Shown here one piece after another: positions 1 through 9,680 of a stretch of DNA of 64,000 nucleotides. The notes under the pieces were generated by a model. The model searched no databases and had not been told where the DNA came from. It was given only the letters and a program-made list of their open reading frames with translations. The stretch lies in sequence record MW812339.1; one strand, given 5' to 3'. Position 1 is the stretch's first letter, and every line of letters starts with the position of its first letter. The translations under genes were made by a program, and so were the position numbers.

Positions 1-309
1 AGTACCCAGATAAGCCAGGTCGTCGGAATCGCCGAGATAAATCTGGTCCACGCCACCAACACCACGACGGTTCTTAATCGTGATTTGTTTCTGCGGCCCT
101 ACAACGGTACGGCCCGTCACAGTGACCGAGAGCAAGTAATAGTAGGTCGTGTTGAGAATAACAGTGGCGTCTGTCCAGGAGTTCTCACCATTTGACAGCG
201 TTGCAATGGGTGCAGGTAACGCAGTCGGCACAAGTGCTTTGGTGTCCCGGTAAACATTGACCACAGAACCTGCTGGGTTTTGGTTATTCCAGCGTAGGGT
301 AAAGGCCAT
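1..309 (-). CDS. Tail-associated protein, partial (runs off left edge); paralog of 2756..3757
   Basis: Not in ORF track; manual translation from ATG at 309: MAFTLRWNNQNPAGSVVNVYRDTKALVPTALPAPIATLSNGENSWTD...RRGVGVDQIYLGDSDDLAYLG, aligns with N-terminus of 2756..3757; AGGAG RBS upstream. Confidence 0.9.
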   Translation of the reverse strand, partial: MAFTLRWNNQNPAGSVVNVYRDTKALVPTALPAPIATLSNGENSWTDATVILNTTYYYLLSVTVTGRTVVGPQKQITIKNRRGVGGVDQIYLGDSDDLAYLGT

Positions 310-319
310 AACTTACTCC

Positions 320-1795
320 TCAAAGAAAGCCGTTCAACTCGCCGTTGCACGAAGACAAGGACGTTTTAGAAGATTTATCACTTTGGTCACTTTTCACCAC
401 TAACGGCTTAGGACCGGTATAGTGAGGTGAGTCGATCCCTATTGGACGAACGCCAGAGCCTGCATTGGCACTGCCTACCATCGGTTTCACGATGTCGACA
501 TGCGGTGCATCGATCCCTACTGGAATCACCGTCAGGTCATTGTTGTTCGCTTTTAGCACCATCGGCAATGGAACCGCTTCTGTTGCAATCTCCGTGATAA
601 AGACAGGAGTAATCGCCGCATCTTTAACCGTGCCACTCGAGAGTGGCCAGGTGGCAGCATTGGTTACTTCCGTAGTGACGTCGGCTAATGGTACCACCAT
701 CCCGGTTGGGTCGATGAGTTCCACTACTGGCCACCAGTCCGCTGTTGTCCAGTCAGAGATCCAGGAACTGTAACCGCCATTAATGGCCATCCTCAGACTC
801 AGCGTCCCCGTGTCGTGCTCTTGCATGTGCACGTAGTCACTGAACACCAATCCTGATTCCTGCCCCCAACCACCAGATGCGGTGTTTTTGTTAATGAGAG
901 AAACCAGCTTTAATGCAGACGCATCATCCCAGTTTCCTACCAGGTTTAACGAGGCGTTAAACCACGGACAGCGTAACTGGAAATAACGGGCTTTCCCTTC
1001 GAACGTTTTCGCCATGTACAGTAATTGGTTGACAGGTGTAGTGGCACCCGGAACTTTACCAGGGCCATCTGTGCCGAATACCGCACCGTACTTGTACAGG
1101 TTTTGCCAGGTTGTACCGCCTATCCCTCGGGACGGGAGATACGTCACCTTTCCGTTCATGAAGAACTTCAACCAGGTGAACGATGTATCGAATCCTGGTG
1201 CACCGTTAGGCGATAACCCGTTCCACATCTCATACCCGGTAAAGAACTCTTGCTGCGAGACTTTCCCGAAATAACCGAAGACGTTATCCCCCGCCAACAG
1301 TTGTTTCGGACCAGGACCACTGTCTGGGTAATTCCCATAAGGCGCACTGGTGTAGGATACGGTTACGCGACCGGTATAACAGAGCGCGGTGTTTTGCACC
1401 GTTAACGACACCGTCCCCACACCAATCTGACGCGGTAGTACGGTATCTGGCAATGCAACATCGGCGCGTTCAATGTTTATCCCGTAGAGTTCATTGATGC
1501 TTGGCAGCAAATCCCCCAACGTAATCATTTCTGGCGTCAAAACGAGTGTCAAAGCGGCACTCGTAAACAACGACGGTAAAGAGAGACGGTCGTAAGAGAC
1601 CACCAACTCACCGATGAATCCTTTCCCCGGTTTCCCTATCAACGTAACCTGCGAATTACGCCCATTCAAATTTCGAAAGACCGGACTCCCATTCACCCCA
1701 ATGGTGTCTGGGGAAATCCGGCCTGCCAAATCTGGGTTATCTCGCACGACTTGTTGACAGAGTTGCTGCAATGCAGACTCTGTGTAGTACGCCAT
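320..1795 (-). CDS. Tail fibre/baseplate-associated virion protein (anchor domain + GPGP..GYFG domain)
   Basis: 491 aa; N-terminal 'N..N....YDRLSL' anchor domain shared with array; paralog of 3770..5194; ends GELNGFL. Confidence 0.75.
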   Translation of the reverse strand: MAYYTESALQQLCQQVVRDNPDLAGRISPDTIGVNGSPVFRNLNGRNSQVTLIGKPGKGFIGELVVSYDRLSLPSLFTSAALTLVLTPEMITLGDLLPSINELYGINIERADVALPDTVLPRQIGVGTVSLTVQNTALCYTGRVTVSYTSAPYGNYPDSGPGPKQLLAGDNVFGYFGKVSQQEFFTGYEMWNGLSPNGAPGFDTSFTWLKFFMNGKVTYLPSRGIGGTTWQNLYKYGAVFGTDGPGKVPGATTPVNQLLYMAKTFEGKARYFQLRCPWFNASLNLVGNWDDASALKLVSLINKNTASGGWGQESGLVFSDYVHMQEHDTGTLSLRMAINGGYSSWISDWTTADWWPVVELIDPTGMVVPLADVTTEVTNAATWPLSSGTVKDAAITPVFITEIATEAVPLPMVLKANNNDLTVIPVGIDAPHVDIVKPMVGSANAGSGVRPIGIDSPHYTGPKPLVVKSDQSDKSSKTSLSSCNGELNGFL

Positions 1796-1805
1796 CGTGC
1801 GCCCC

Positions 1806-2744
1806 TTATGGAAGAATCAGCTCCAACGCTAAGAAGTACCCGACGTTCACGTTAAGCGAGTTAGTTGTCGTGATGATGTTTGGGTTGTAAGCGTAGTTGT
1901 AGAACATGGTGCCTGCAGCATACGGTGGTGCCATTGCAGAACAACCTGCATCAGTCAAGTTACTACTGGTACTGAGTAACGCCAATCCATCCAACTTACC
2001 CTGCCCACGACCCTGCTTATCAACAATTTCGGTGTAGTTATAACCGGTGTTGTAAAGACGCGCCATGGTCATCCGCCACTCACCTTCATCGTACGCCGTA
2101 TTCCCGCCACCAGAATTATAATCCAGCGCATAAGGTAGCCGTACTCGATATTGTCTCCCCGCCTTTGAAACGCGGGTGTTCTGAGACGTAGCACCTACAC
2201 CCGTTGGGACGATTGCACCATTGTCGTCTGTACCGTACACCATCCCCCGACCGTAAATGTTGAGGAATGTCGCTTGTCCGGATTGTGTTGTTGGGAAGTA
2301 GACGATGCGACCTTTATAGATGAACTTATGCCACCCCAGAATACCGTTCTGGAACATACTGGCCTGCGCAGTAGATAACTGTGCCTGAATCTCCGCTCGG
2401 TTGATGAAGTCATCCGTGGAAACCACACCGAAATAACCGCAATACCAGTCACCGCGAATCGGGGCCTGTGGGCCTGGACCTACGTCGAGGTAAAACGGCT
2501 GCACCAGCTTTGCACCGAAGACACGCTCTGTTCCTTTCACTGAGGCGACCCAATACGAGTACATGGTTTTCTCAGTGAGGTTGGCTACGTTCTCAACGTA
2601 CTCAGTTGCATTCCCAGGCAGTGTGGCCACGGGCGTGCCTGGGTTATTAACATCAATAACAGCATCGTAGCCAGTCTTGCGGTAAATCTCGATGCTTGTT
2701 AAAGCTTTACTGGCTTGTGACGGCCAGCTTAAACGAATGGTCAT
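1806..2744 (-). CDS. Tail-associated protein (FN3-like N-domain + GPGP..GYFG domain)
   Basis: 312 aa; 'IRLSW...IEIYR...ATLPGNATEYVE...YSYWV' beta-sandwich pattern, then GPGPQAPIRGDWYCGYFGVV. Confidence 0.7.
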   Translation of the reverse strand: MTIRLSWPSQASKALTSIEIYRKTGYDAVIDVNNPGTPVATLPGNATEYVENVANLTEKTMYSYWVASVKGTERVFGAKLVQPFYLDVGPGPQAPIRGDWYCGYFGVVSTDDFINRAEIQAQLSTAQASMFQNGILGWHKFIYKGRIVYFPTTQSGQATFLNIYGRGMVYGTDDNGAIVPTGVGATSQNTRVSKAGRQYRVRLPYALDYNSGGGNTAYDEGEWRMTMARLYNTGYNYTEIVDKQGRGQGKLDGLALLSTSSNLTDAGCSAMAPPYAAGTMFYNYAYNPNIITTTNSLNVNVGYFLALELILP

Positions 2745-2755
2745 GACCGCTCCTA

Positions 2756-3757
2756 TTATTCAACCAGTTCAAAGATGGGAATGTAACGACCGATTTGGCT
2801 AGGTGGCATGTAGAGAATCTTCTGAAACTGCGCCGGATAAACTGCGGCAGCCACGGTATTGATACCACGATGCAGTACCCGATCTTGCACTGTGTCGTGT
2901 TCTTGACACAATATACCTGCATTCAGGTAAGGGTACGTGGTGGTGTTGTTTGGTAGCCCGCCATTTGCCAACGTAGCGCCGCTACCGTAGTAGAAATTAG
3001 GCCAGCGCTGTTTGACAGGGAACTCGTTCACCATCGCGTACATTAAATCGTTGTACTCGCAGTTATCCGTTAGCGCAGAGACTGCGTCGTGGTCTTTACC
3101 AGCGTAAGCATCGTTGAAAGCAAAAACGGGGGAATCGCTGTCCTTCGTTAACCCGCGCGGTAAGCGGATACGATAGGTATCGTTGAGGTGAATCATCTTC
3201 GCATCTTGCTTAGTGTCCACCAGACTACCGTGACCACCCGTAGGTCCAAAGTCGTCCGTACCATACACCATACCAGCTTGATACAGTGCACCCCAGCTTA
3301 CTGAACCAATGAACGCCCCAGGCAGCACGGTATACAGAACCTTGCCGTTGCGAATGAATTTATACAACGGAATGCGGTCGGGGAAGACACCGGGGAACAT
3401 GGCCTGGAAGGCAGCTGGCATTTGCGAGAACAGTGGCTGTTCTGCATACGGAACCTGTCCAAGATAGGCTAAACGGTCGTCGCCTTGAATGAAGGTCATC
3501 GGACCTACGCCACGTTTCACCGCAACGGTATATTGTTGGTTAGCGCTGGCAATTGTTTTTCCGTTGGCGGTTACAGTCAGTAAGTAGAAATACGTCTGAC
3601 CTGCCACTGCCGTCGTATCGCGATACGAGGTTTCGCCATTAGACAATGTCACCAACGGTGCAGGTAAGGCGGATACTGAAATGGTTTTCGTGTCACGGTA
3701 CACATTGACTACCGTGGCGGCGGTGTTAGGGTTCGTCCACCGTAATGTAAATGACAT
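2756..3757 (-). CDS. Tail-associated protein (FN3-like N-domain)
   Basis: 333 aa; 'FTLRW...VNVYR...TLSNGETSYRD...YFYLL', then GVGP..GDDRLAYLG. Confidence 0.7.
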   Translation of the reverse strand: MSFTLRWTNPNTAATVVNVYRDTKTISVSALPAPLVTLSNGETSYRDTTAVAGQTYFYLLTVTANGKTIASANQQYTVAVKRGVGPMTFIQGDDRLAYLGQVPYAEQPLFSQMPAAFQAMFPGVFPDRIPLYKFIRNGKVLYTVLPGAFIGSVSWGALYQAGMVYGTDDFGPTGGHGSLVDTKQDAKMIHLNDTYRIRLPRGLTKDSDSPVFAFNDAYAGKDHDAVSALTDNCEYNDLMYAMVNEFPVKQRWPNFYYGSGATLANGGLPNNTTTYPYLNAGILCQEHDTVQDRVLHRGINTVAAAVYPAQFQKILYMPPSQIGRYIPIFELVE

Positions 3758-3769
3758 GACGTCTTACCT

Positions 3770-5194
3770 CTATTTGAAACCGTTAAGTTCACCGTTGGTG
3801 GTGGAAAGGTTCGTTTTAGCAGGCGCGGTGTACGCCTCGGTCTTCACTGGTGCAGGCGTGTAGTCTAGCGTCTTCGGCAGACCCAAACTAACCGGGGCAA
3901 TCGCAAGCTGATTCTCCGTACGCGCAGGCGCTGGAGTAATATCTACCGTTCCCGGTAAGCCGAATACAGGCGGTGCCAACATCAGCAGGTTCTCAGTGCG
4001 CGTAACTGGCGCAGTCACCGTATAATCCATCCGCCCAATGATGTCCTGCAAAGCAATCGTGTTGGAAGAAGTATCCACTAACTCTACGACAGGCCACCAG
4101 TATTGGGTAGTGGCCGCCAATCCCTTCTGCACAGCATTCCAAATCGTAGAAGCCATCGTCGCCAAGCGGTGGTTAGTGGTGTTTGTCGACATGGTGTTTT
4201 GACAAACGATATACGCCGTCCATTCCCCACTCGTGTTGGATTCCCATTCGCCATTACGAACCTTGATCATCATCCCCAAAATACTACCAGCATATTGCGC
4301 AGCAGTAGGCGGTGATGTCGTCACTGTATCCGGATCGTTCATTGTTGACGTCGGCAATCGTGGACGTATGTAGAAACGGCCTTCCGGGGTTTGAATAGGT
4401 ATAATTTTCGACTGATTAACAGGACTGGCTACTGGATACGAATACTTTCCGTTGTTATCGGTTCCGTATGCCATGCCTGCCTGATAAATCATCTGCCAAC
4501 TGATATTTGAAGCGACGGGGCTGACTGGAATGTAAACCACACTGCCCTGGTAGTAGAATTTATACCACCCTTCATTTCCGCCAACGTATTGCGTATATCC
4601 AGTTAAACCGGTTGCAGTTACAAACGCCTGACGGGCTATAAATTCAGCAGCAGTTACCCGACCGAAGTAACCCATCAGCGTATCACCTGCCAGCAGGTAT
4701 TTTGGCCCAGGGCCAGAATTCGGATAATAACCAATTTGTTCCGTCTGGTACGAGAAATACAGCGAACCCGTAAATGCCGCGCAAGCAGCCGTCACATTAA
4801 GCTGTGCGTCTTGCTTAGTAGCATTAGGGTTAATAGCCGTAGTCAGGTTACTGACCTCGTCCGGACGGAGAGTGATCCCCAACGCGTCATTAATAATCGG
4901 TAAGGCATCGGCGATGCTTTTAATGTCTGACGAGAAATAGAGGACCGGTCGCAGTGAAGAACTCCAGAGATTACTCAGCAGCACACGGTCGTAGTTGAGC
5001 GTTAGCGTTCCGATTAACCCAGAGCCAGGATAGGCGGTAAACTTCACTTCAGTATTACGGCCGTTCGCGCTACGAGCGACGGGTCCGGAGGTTAGCGCCG
5101 TATTAGCCGGAGTCAACTTCACAGGTAGGTTCGGGTTATCCCGATTCACCTGGTCGTAGACGAGCTGCAGCGCTTCCTTGGAATAGAATTGCAT
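3770..5194 (-). CDS. Tail fibre/baseplate-associated virion protein
   Basis: 474 aa; paralog of 320..1795 (NSGPGPK.LLAGD..MGYFG; WWPVVELVD; ends GELNGFK). Confidence 0.75.
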   Translation of the reverse strand: MQFYSKEALQLVYDQVNRDNPNLPVKLTPANTALTSGPVARSANGRNTEVKFTAYPGSGLIGTLTLNYDRVLLSNLWSSSLRPVLYFSSDIKSIADALPIINDALGITLRPDEVSNLTTAINPNATKQDAQLNVTAACAAFTGSLYFSYQTEQIGYYPNSGPGPKYLLAGDTLMGYFGRVTAAEFIARQAFVTATGLTGYTQYVGGNEGWYKFYYQGSVVYIPVSPVASNISWQMIYQAGMAYGTDNNGKYSYPVASPVNQSKIIPIQTPEGRFYIRPRLPTSTMNDPDTVTTSPPTAAQYAGSILGMMIKVRNGEWESNTSGEWTAYIVCQNTMSTNTTNHRLATMASTIWNAVQKGLAATTQYWWPVVELVDTSSNTIALQDIIGRMDYTVTAPVTRTENLLMLAPPVFGLPGTVDITPAPARTENQLAIAPVSLGLPKTLDYTPAPVKTEAYTAPAKTNLSTTNGELNGFK

Positions 5195-5226
5195 AACGAC
5201 TCCTAACTTCCGCGTGGTGCAGTAAA

Positions 5227-5240
5227 GGCCCCGAAGGGCC
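5227..5240 (-). terminator. Intrinsic terminator (possibly bidirectional)
   Basis: Minus strand GGCCC-TTCG-GGGCC-TTT; T-run also on the + side. Confidence 0.7.
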
Positions 5241-5245
5241 TCTTT

Positions 5246-6073
5246 TTAGCTGTTGTAGTGGTAATACGCCACACCTTTCACCCCAGCTTCATCGATGCCC
5301 GTTTGGATAACAACGCGGTCGTAATCCTTGTTGGCACTCGCTGCAGTTGTGGTGGCCACATCCTGAACGGTGTTACTGTTCAGTGGTGCGGAGTAAGGCG
5401 GAATACCCAGACTATCCAGCAGATTGCGCAGACCTTCCCATTGCGGCAAGCCTGCGGCCGTTACTGTCAGCAGGTTCTTGTACGCTGTGAAATCGATGCC
5501 GTAAGTCAGCATGTCGATACACTTCTGATTCAGCGCTGGGTCAACATTGTGCGTCAACGCAGGCACCGCATCTTTCGTGATAGACGTGTCGAGCACCGGA
5601 AGACCACGACTGTAACGGATAGTCACTGCCCCGCGATACGCAGGAGAAGTAGCCAGAGCCGACAAAGTCTGGGTGTTCGTGTAGTTAGGGCTACCGACAC
5701 CCGCTAACGAGTAGTTCTGCAAGTCCCACGTTGAGAAGTTAATCCCGTAGGTATCGAACAGCACCGGCAGTGCGGCATGAATATTACCTGCATCGAATGT
5801 CACAAACTGGCCTTGCACATTTGACCCATTCGGGAACAGAGTTGGCAAGTTAATGCGATCGTAGAACAGCGTAATCTGATCACGGAAACCAGCACCCTGT
5901 ACGCCACGCAGACGTACAGAAGTGTTACGGTTGCCACTGTTCGAGTTCACTGCCACGTTAGTGATTTTTTCGATGATGCAGTTATCCGCAGAAACCGGAA
6001 TCGGCAGATTAGGGTTATCGCGGTTAATCAGGTCAAAGACCAATACGTTCGAGGGTTTTCCGTAGATAAGCAT
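5246..6073 (-). CDS. Virion structural protein, tail paralog family
   Basis: 275 aa; 'LVFDLINRDN...FYDRINL' anchor domain; C-terminal 'TYGIDFT...GVAYYHYN'. Confidence 0.75.
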   Translation of the reverse strand: MLIYGKPSNVLVFDLINRDNPNLPIPVSADNCIIEKITNVAVNSNSGNRNTSVRLRGVQGAGFRDQITLFYDRINLPTLFPNGSNVQGQFVTFDAGNIHAALPVLFDTYGINFSTWDLQNYSLAGVGSPNYTNTQTLSALATSPAYRGAVTIRYSRGLPVLDTSITKDAVPALTHNVDPALNQKCIDMLTYGIDFTAYKNLLTVTAAGLPQWEGLRNLLDSLGIPPYSAPLNSNTVQDVATTTAASANKDYDRVVIQTGIDEAGVKGVAYYHYNS

Positions 6074-6075
6074 CG

Positions 6076-6963
6076 TTACACCTCGTTCGGATCGTCAAGG
6101 TCGTTGAACTGCAGGTACATGGTACCTTTGAACGACGTGTTGGTAGCCGGGAGTTTCAACGCCACTACGTATTTGTACTTCGCGTTGGTCGGCATCGCGA
6201 CAGGGTTGTTCAGACCGACGCTGAGCACCTCTGCACCTGCCAGACCCCATGAGGCGTTGGTGGTTGCCAGCCAAGACCCACCTGAGATATCTTTCAGGAT
6301 ATTGACCATATCCGTCAACGGCTGACCGGTAAGCACGCCCGGAGTAAACGCCAACATCTGGTCATGGTACTTGGTGAAGTTGAACGGATAGCTGTACACC
6401 TCAGCGATAGTACCGGAGACAGTCTCGGAACCCATCTGGCCATTCGGGTATTTCAGACCCGCCAGGACGCTGTTGGAAACAGTAGACACCAGAGATTCAT
6501 CGCCTTTCACGACTTTGAAGTTGTACTGGTCAATCCAGCCCAGAGACGTAGTCTTCGCTTTCACCACAACGGTACCGGCAGTTTTGTCGGTGTTCCAGAG
6601 GATGTCTGCCTCTTCCAGGTCATCGGTAGTGAACACGAAGCCGTAGCGCTGGTTCAGACCAGTGAGAGCCTGAGAGAGTTTGGCGTTTGATGGACCAATT
6701 GCGAGCGTGTCGCCAATCAGCATAACGATGTCTTGCACCTTCAGACGGTTGTAATAGATGTTCTTCTTACCTGACCAGGTAGAACCAGCTACACCGTCCG
6801 CCGTGATTTTAACCTGAGTGTTCTTCTCAGTCGTGTTACCTTTGTCAGTACCACGAATGTCCTTCGGCGCGCTCCAGACGAAATCAGTCGCCTTGATGCT
6901 TAGCGAGTTTGCGTTATTGATCGCACTCAGCAGCACGTCTTTAGCAGGAATATAGATTGCCAT
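6076..6963 (-). CDS. Virion structural protein, tail paralog family
   Basis: Start moved to MAIYIPAK (ATG 6963); 'LLSAINNAN...YYNRLKV'; 'YSYPFNFT...GTMYLQFN'. Confidence 0.75.
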   Translation of the reverse strand: MAIYIPAKDVLLSAINNANSLSIKATDFVWSAPKDIRGTDKGNTTEKNTQVKITADGVAGSTWSGKKNIYYNRLKVQDIVMLIGDTLAIGPSNAKLSQALTGLNQRYGFVFTTDDLEEADILWNTDKTAGTVVVKAKTTSLGWIDQYNFKVVKGDESLVSTVSNSVLAGLKYPNGQMGSETVSGTIAEVYSYPFNFTKYHDQMLAFTPGVLTGQPLTDMVNILKDISGGSWLATTNASWGLAGAEVLSVGLNNPVAMPTNAKYKYVVALKLPATNTSFKGTMYLQFNDLDDPNEV

Positions 6964-6973
6964 TCGCTTTTTC

Positions 6974-7822
6974 CTAGTTGTTGTAGTGCAGCAGCAAATC
7001 GCCACCAACATGAGTGTCTTTGATGTTGTAGATCAACAGTGCGTTGTCATACATCGTGTTCATGCGGTCGTCTCCTGGCGCTGTACCAGTTTTCAAACGC
7101 ACAACAGAAGACCCCGTTGGATCGAACGTCGGAATGCCGTACGCCGTTAACGTTTCCATCAGGCTCGTAGTAAAGCCCTGGTCGAAGTTGTAACCTACGT
7201 CCAGACGACCGTTCTTAAACGCCGCCATCAGCTGAGGCTCATCAGTAAAATCGGAACCGTAAGCCAGCATCGTGAGACACTTTTTAGGCAACTCACCACC
7301 TGGATAAGGATGCTCTAATACCAGCAGGATATCGTTTACCACCTGGTCTTCAAAGCTGTTCTTACCTTTGACGGACATGAAGGAAACAGACCCGGTATAT
7401 TGAATGCAGCTTGCCAGCACACTCACGGTATTCTTGAGGTTCAGGTAAACGTACACATCCGGAATATCTTCCGGCACCAGGTTCAAGCCATAACGTCCAT
7501 TCAGGTTCTGAACAAACGCGGTTTTCTTCGAGGTCGCATTCAACCAACCGTATGCGTTAGGCGACGTCACCTGTGGCGTCATGTTCTTGAATAAGTCGTT
7601 CAGCGACAAGCGTTTGTAACGGAACGTCTGCGCCCCGATGTAGCCACGACCTTGACGTCCACGAATGGTAATCTCGGTATTGGCTCCGCTCGCTGTCGGT
7701 GTGATTGCCCGTGGAACACCAATGTTGGCATTATCCAAACCCATGGGCATGATGGCACCGGGAGTCTCGGCGTTAATCGCATCGTACAGGAATTGTCGCT
7801 GAGACAGACTATATAAAGCCAT
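6974..7822 (-). CDS. Virion structural protein, tail paralog family
   Basis: Start moved to MALYSLSQ; 'LYDAINAE...YKRLSL'; 'AYGSDFT...GDLLLHYN'. Confidence 0.75.
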   Translation of the reverse strand: MALYSLSQRQFLYDAINAETPGAIMPMGLDNANIGVPRAITPTASGANTEITIRGRQGRGYIGAQTFRYKRLSLNDLFKNMTPQVTSPNAYGWLNATSKKTAFVQNLNGRYGLNLVPEDIPDVYVYLNLKNTVSVLASCIQYTGSVSFMSVKGKNSFEDQVVNDILLVLEHPYPGGELPKKCLTMLAYGSDFTDEPQLMAAFKNGRLDVGYNFDQGFTTSLMETLTAYGIPTFDPTGSSVVRLKTGTAPGDDRMNTMYDNALLIYNIKDTHVGGDLLLHYNN

Positions 7823-7838
7823 AATAGCCTCCTCGGCC

Positions 7839-7882
7839 AAAAAAGAAAGGAGAAGCTGAGAGGAGGATTTCCCCCTCCCAGC
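7839..7882 (-). terminator. Intrinsic terminator
   Basis: Minus strand GCTGGGAGGGGG-AAAT-CCTCCTCTCAGC followed by TTCTCCTTTCTTTTTT. Confidence 0.65.
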
Positions 7883-7891
7883 GAGGCCTTA

Positions 7892-8803
7892 TTAGGCGTT
7901 ATAGTGCAGGAACAGAACACCTGTGAAGTTAGAGCACAGGGTATCAGACAACTCCAGTTTCAGGATGCTGTTGTACTCAGTGTTCGCGCCTTCAACCGGT
8001 TTCTTCGGCTCATCACCAGTAGCGGTACCGTCGTCGGTAGTAGAACCAACATACAGCACGTTTGCGCCGTGCAGGTTGTAGTCTGCAGCATCAGTGCTGT
8101 CGACCCACAGCTCTGGAACGACTTTGTTCAGCTCAGTTGGGAACGCAGAGTCTTCTGCGATAACGCCTTCTGCCTGCACTTTCAGGAACGGAGCAATTGC
8201 GGTGCAATCTACGCCGTAGGAGTAGATGTACGCCTGACCTTTCGCTGCATCCGGACCATCCGGGTAAACCAGACCGTCAAGTTTGGTTTCAGTAACCACC
8301 AGGCTCAGACGTTCACCAACCTGTGGTTTCGCACCGATTTTAACCGGGATAGCGCCCAGGTAAGCATAGCAACCATCGTTAAAGGTAATAACGTGGTCAA
8401 CTGGAGCCGGGTCTGGATCGTCTGGGTTGGTCAGTGGTGGGTTGGTGTTATCAGGGATAACCGCCGGCGTGATGTCGTCTACGGTGATACCCAGGCCGTA
8501 CTGTTTGTTCAGAGTGGCCAGCAGGTCGGTAGAGGTTTTCGGCAGCTTAACATCGAGATACGCAGTCACGTTACGGAACAGCGCAGCACCTTCCAGACGG
8601 TCATAAGTGACGTCCTGAGTACCGATGTAACCTGAGTTCTTCTTCGCCGTCAGACGCATACCGGTGTTGCGGTCTGCACCTTCGTCGGTAATAGGAGTTG
8701 GATCGCCCAGAGTAACCATGGACAGTTCCAGTTCAGCCTGTGGGTTCTTCTCGTTGATGAAGTCAAGAACCAGCAGGTCAGACGTTTTGTTTAAAGGTTT
8801 CAT
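7892..8803 (-). CDS. Virion structural protein, tail paralog family
   Basis: 303 aa; 'LVLDFINEKN...YDRLEG'; 'KLDGLVYP..GQAYIYSYGVD'; 'GVLFLHYN'. Confidence 0.75.
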   Translation of the reverse strand: MKPLNKTSDLLVLDFINEKNPQAELELSMVTLGDPTPITDEGADRNTGMRLTAKKNSGYIGTQDVTYDRLEGAALFRNVTAYLDVKLPKTSTDLLATLNKQYGLGITVDDITPAVIPDNTNPPLTNPDDPDPAPVDHVITFNDGCYAYLGAIPVKIGAKPQVGERLSLVVTETKLDGLVYPDGPDAAKGQAYIYSYGVDCTAIAPFLKVQAEGVIAEDSAFPTELNKVVPELWVDSTDAADYNLHGANVLYVGSTTDDGTATGDEPKKPVEGANTEYNSILKLELSDTLCSNFTGVLFLHYNA

Positions 8804-8824
8804 TCTTACTTCCTTTACTCAGGA

Positions 8825-9670
8825 TTAATCAGGGTCGTTGTAATGGAGATACAGACGCCCGCCAAGGTTCAGACAGTACAACGACAGTTCCACGATGAGA
8901 ACGTTATCGACTGACGGATTGGTTGGGAGACTTGCACTGTTGCGCCCGTTGTAAACGACTATCGCCTCTTTGAGGTTATAGTCCACCGGGTTACGGTAGG
9001 TCAGCCAGCCATCGCCGGTAACCGTTTTGAGAATCTGCGCTAAGCGTTCTGGGGTGATAGTGGTACCTAAGCGCTGGAACTCTGCCGCGTAATCGTCGAA
9101 ACGCCACGGATACGAATATATCGCACCCTGACCGACTTTGGTGTTGAAGTACGGATATGCGTACGGTGTCACTGTTAACGGGTCAAAGTTCGACGGCAGT
9201 AAAGCATCGCCCGGTAACAGCTGCACTTCTTGTTGCCCAATCCAACCTAACGAGGTCGGAGTAGCAACCAACTGCACAACCCAGGTCGTCCGGTCGATTT
9301 CGGTATTCTCGACATCTTCCGGTTTCAGACTCAGGCCGTAATACTGGTTAATCAAACTGACGATGTCGTGAGCCCATGAGACGCTCTCTAAGAGCGCGGG
9401 GACACGCAAGGGTTGTAATCCATCGAGGTCAGTAAACATCTCTGAGAAGTCCACACGGTCGTAATAAACGGTGGTGGCTCCAATAGCGTTCGCCGTAGCG
9501 AGTGCCTGGATACGCACCATCGAATTGTGACCGTTAGCTTTCGCTAAGTCTTCGTCGGAGGTAGGAACCGCTGGGACACCGAACACCACCTCGTCGACTT
9601 TCAAGTCCAGATGGTTTTCTGTGTTAATCTCAGCGATAAGGATTTGTTCAGCAGTGGCTAAAAGTGGCAT
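8825..9670 (-). CDS. Virion structural protein, tail paralog family
   Basis: Start moved to MPLLATAEQ (ATG 9670); 'ILIAEINTEN...YYDRVDF'; 'GRLYLHYN'. Confidence 0.75.
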   Translation of the reverse strand: MPLLATAEQILIAEINTENHLDLKVDEVVFGVPAVPTSDEDLAKANGHNSMVRIQALATANAIGATTVYYDRVDFSEMFTDLDGLQPLRVPALLESVSWAHDIVSLINQYYGLSLKPEDVENTEIDRTTWVVQLVATPTSLGWIGQQEVQLLPGDALLPSNFDPLTVTPYAYPYFNTKVGQGAIYSYPWRFDDYAAEFQRLGTTITPERLAQILKTVTGDGWLTYRNPVDYNLKEAIVVYNGRNSASLPTNPSVDNVLIVELSLYCLNLGGRLYLHYNDPD

Positions 9671-9680
9671 GTCAGAATCC

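Noticed and set aside
117-350. 77-aa minus ORF from the track
   Set aside because: Wrong frame; the real gene is the frame starting at ATG 309, which matches paralog 2756..3757
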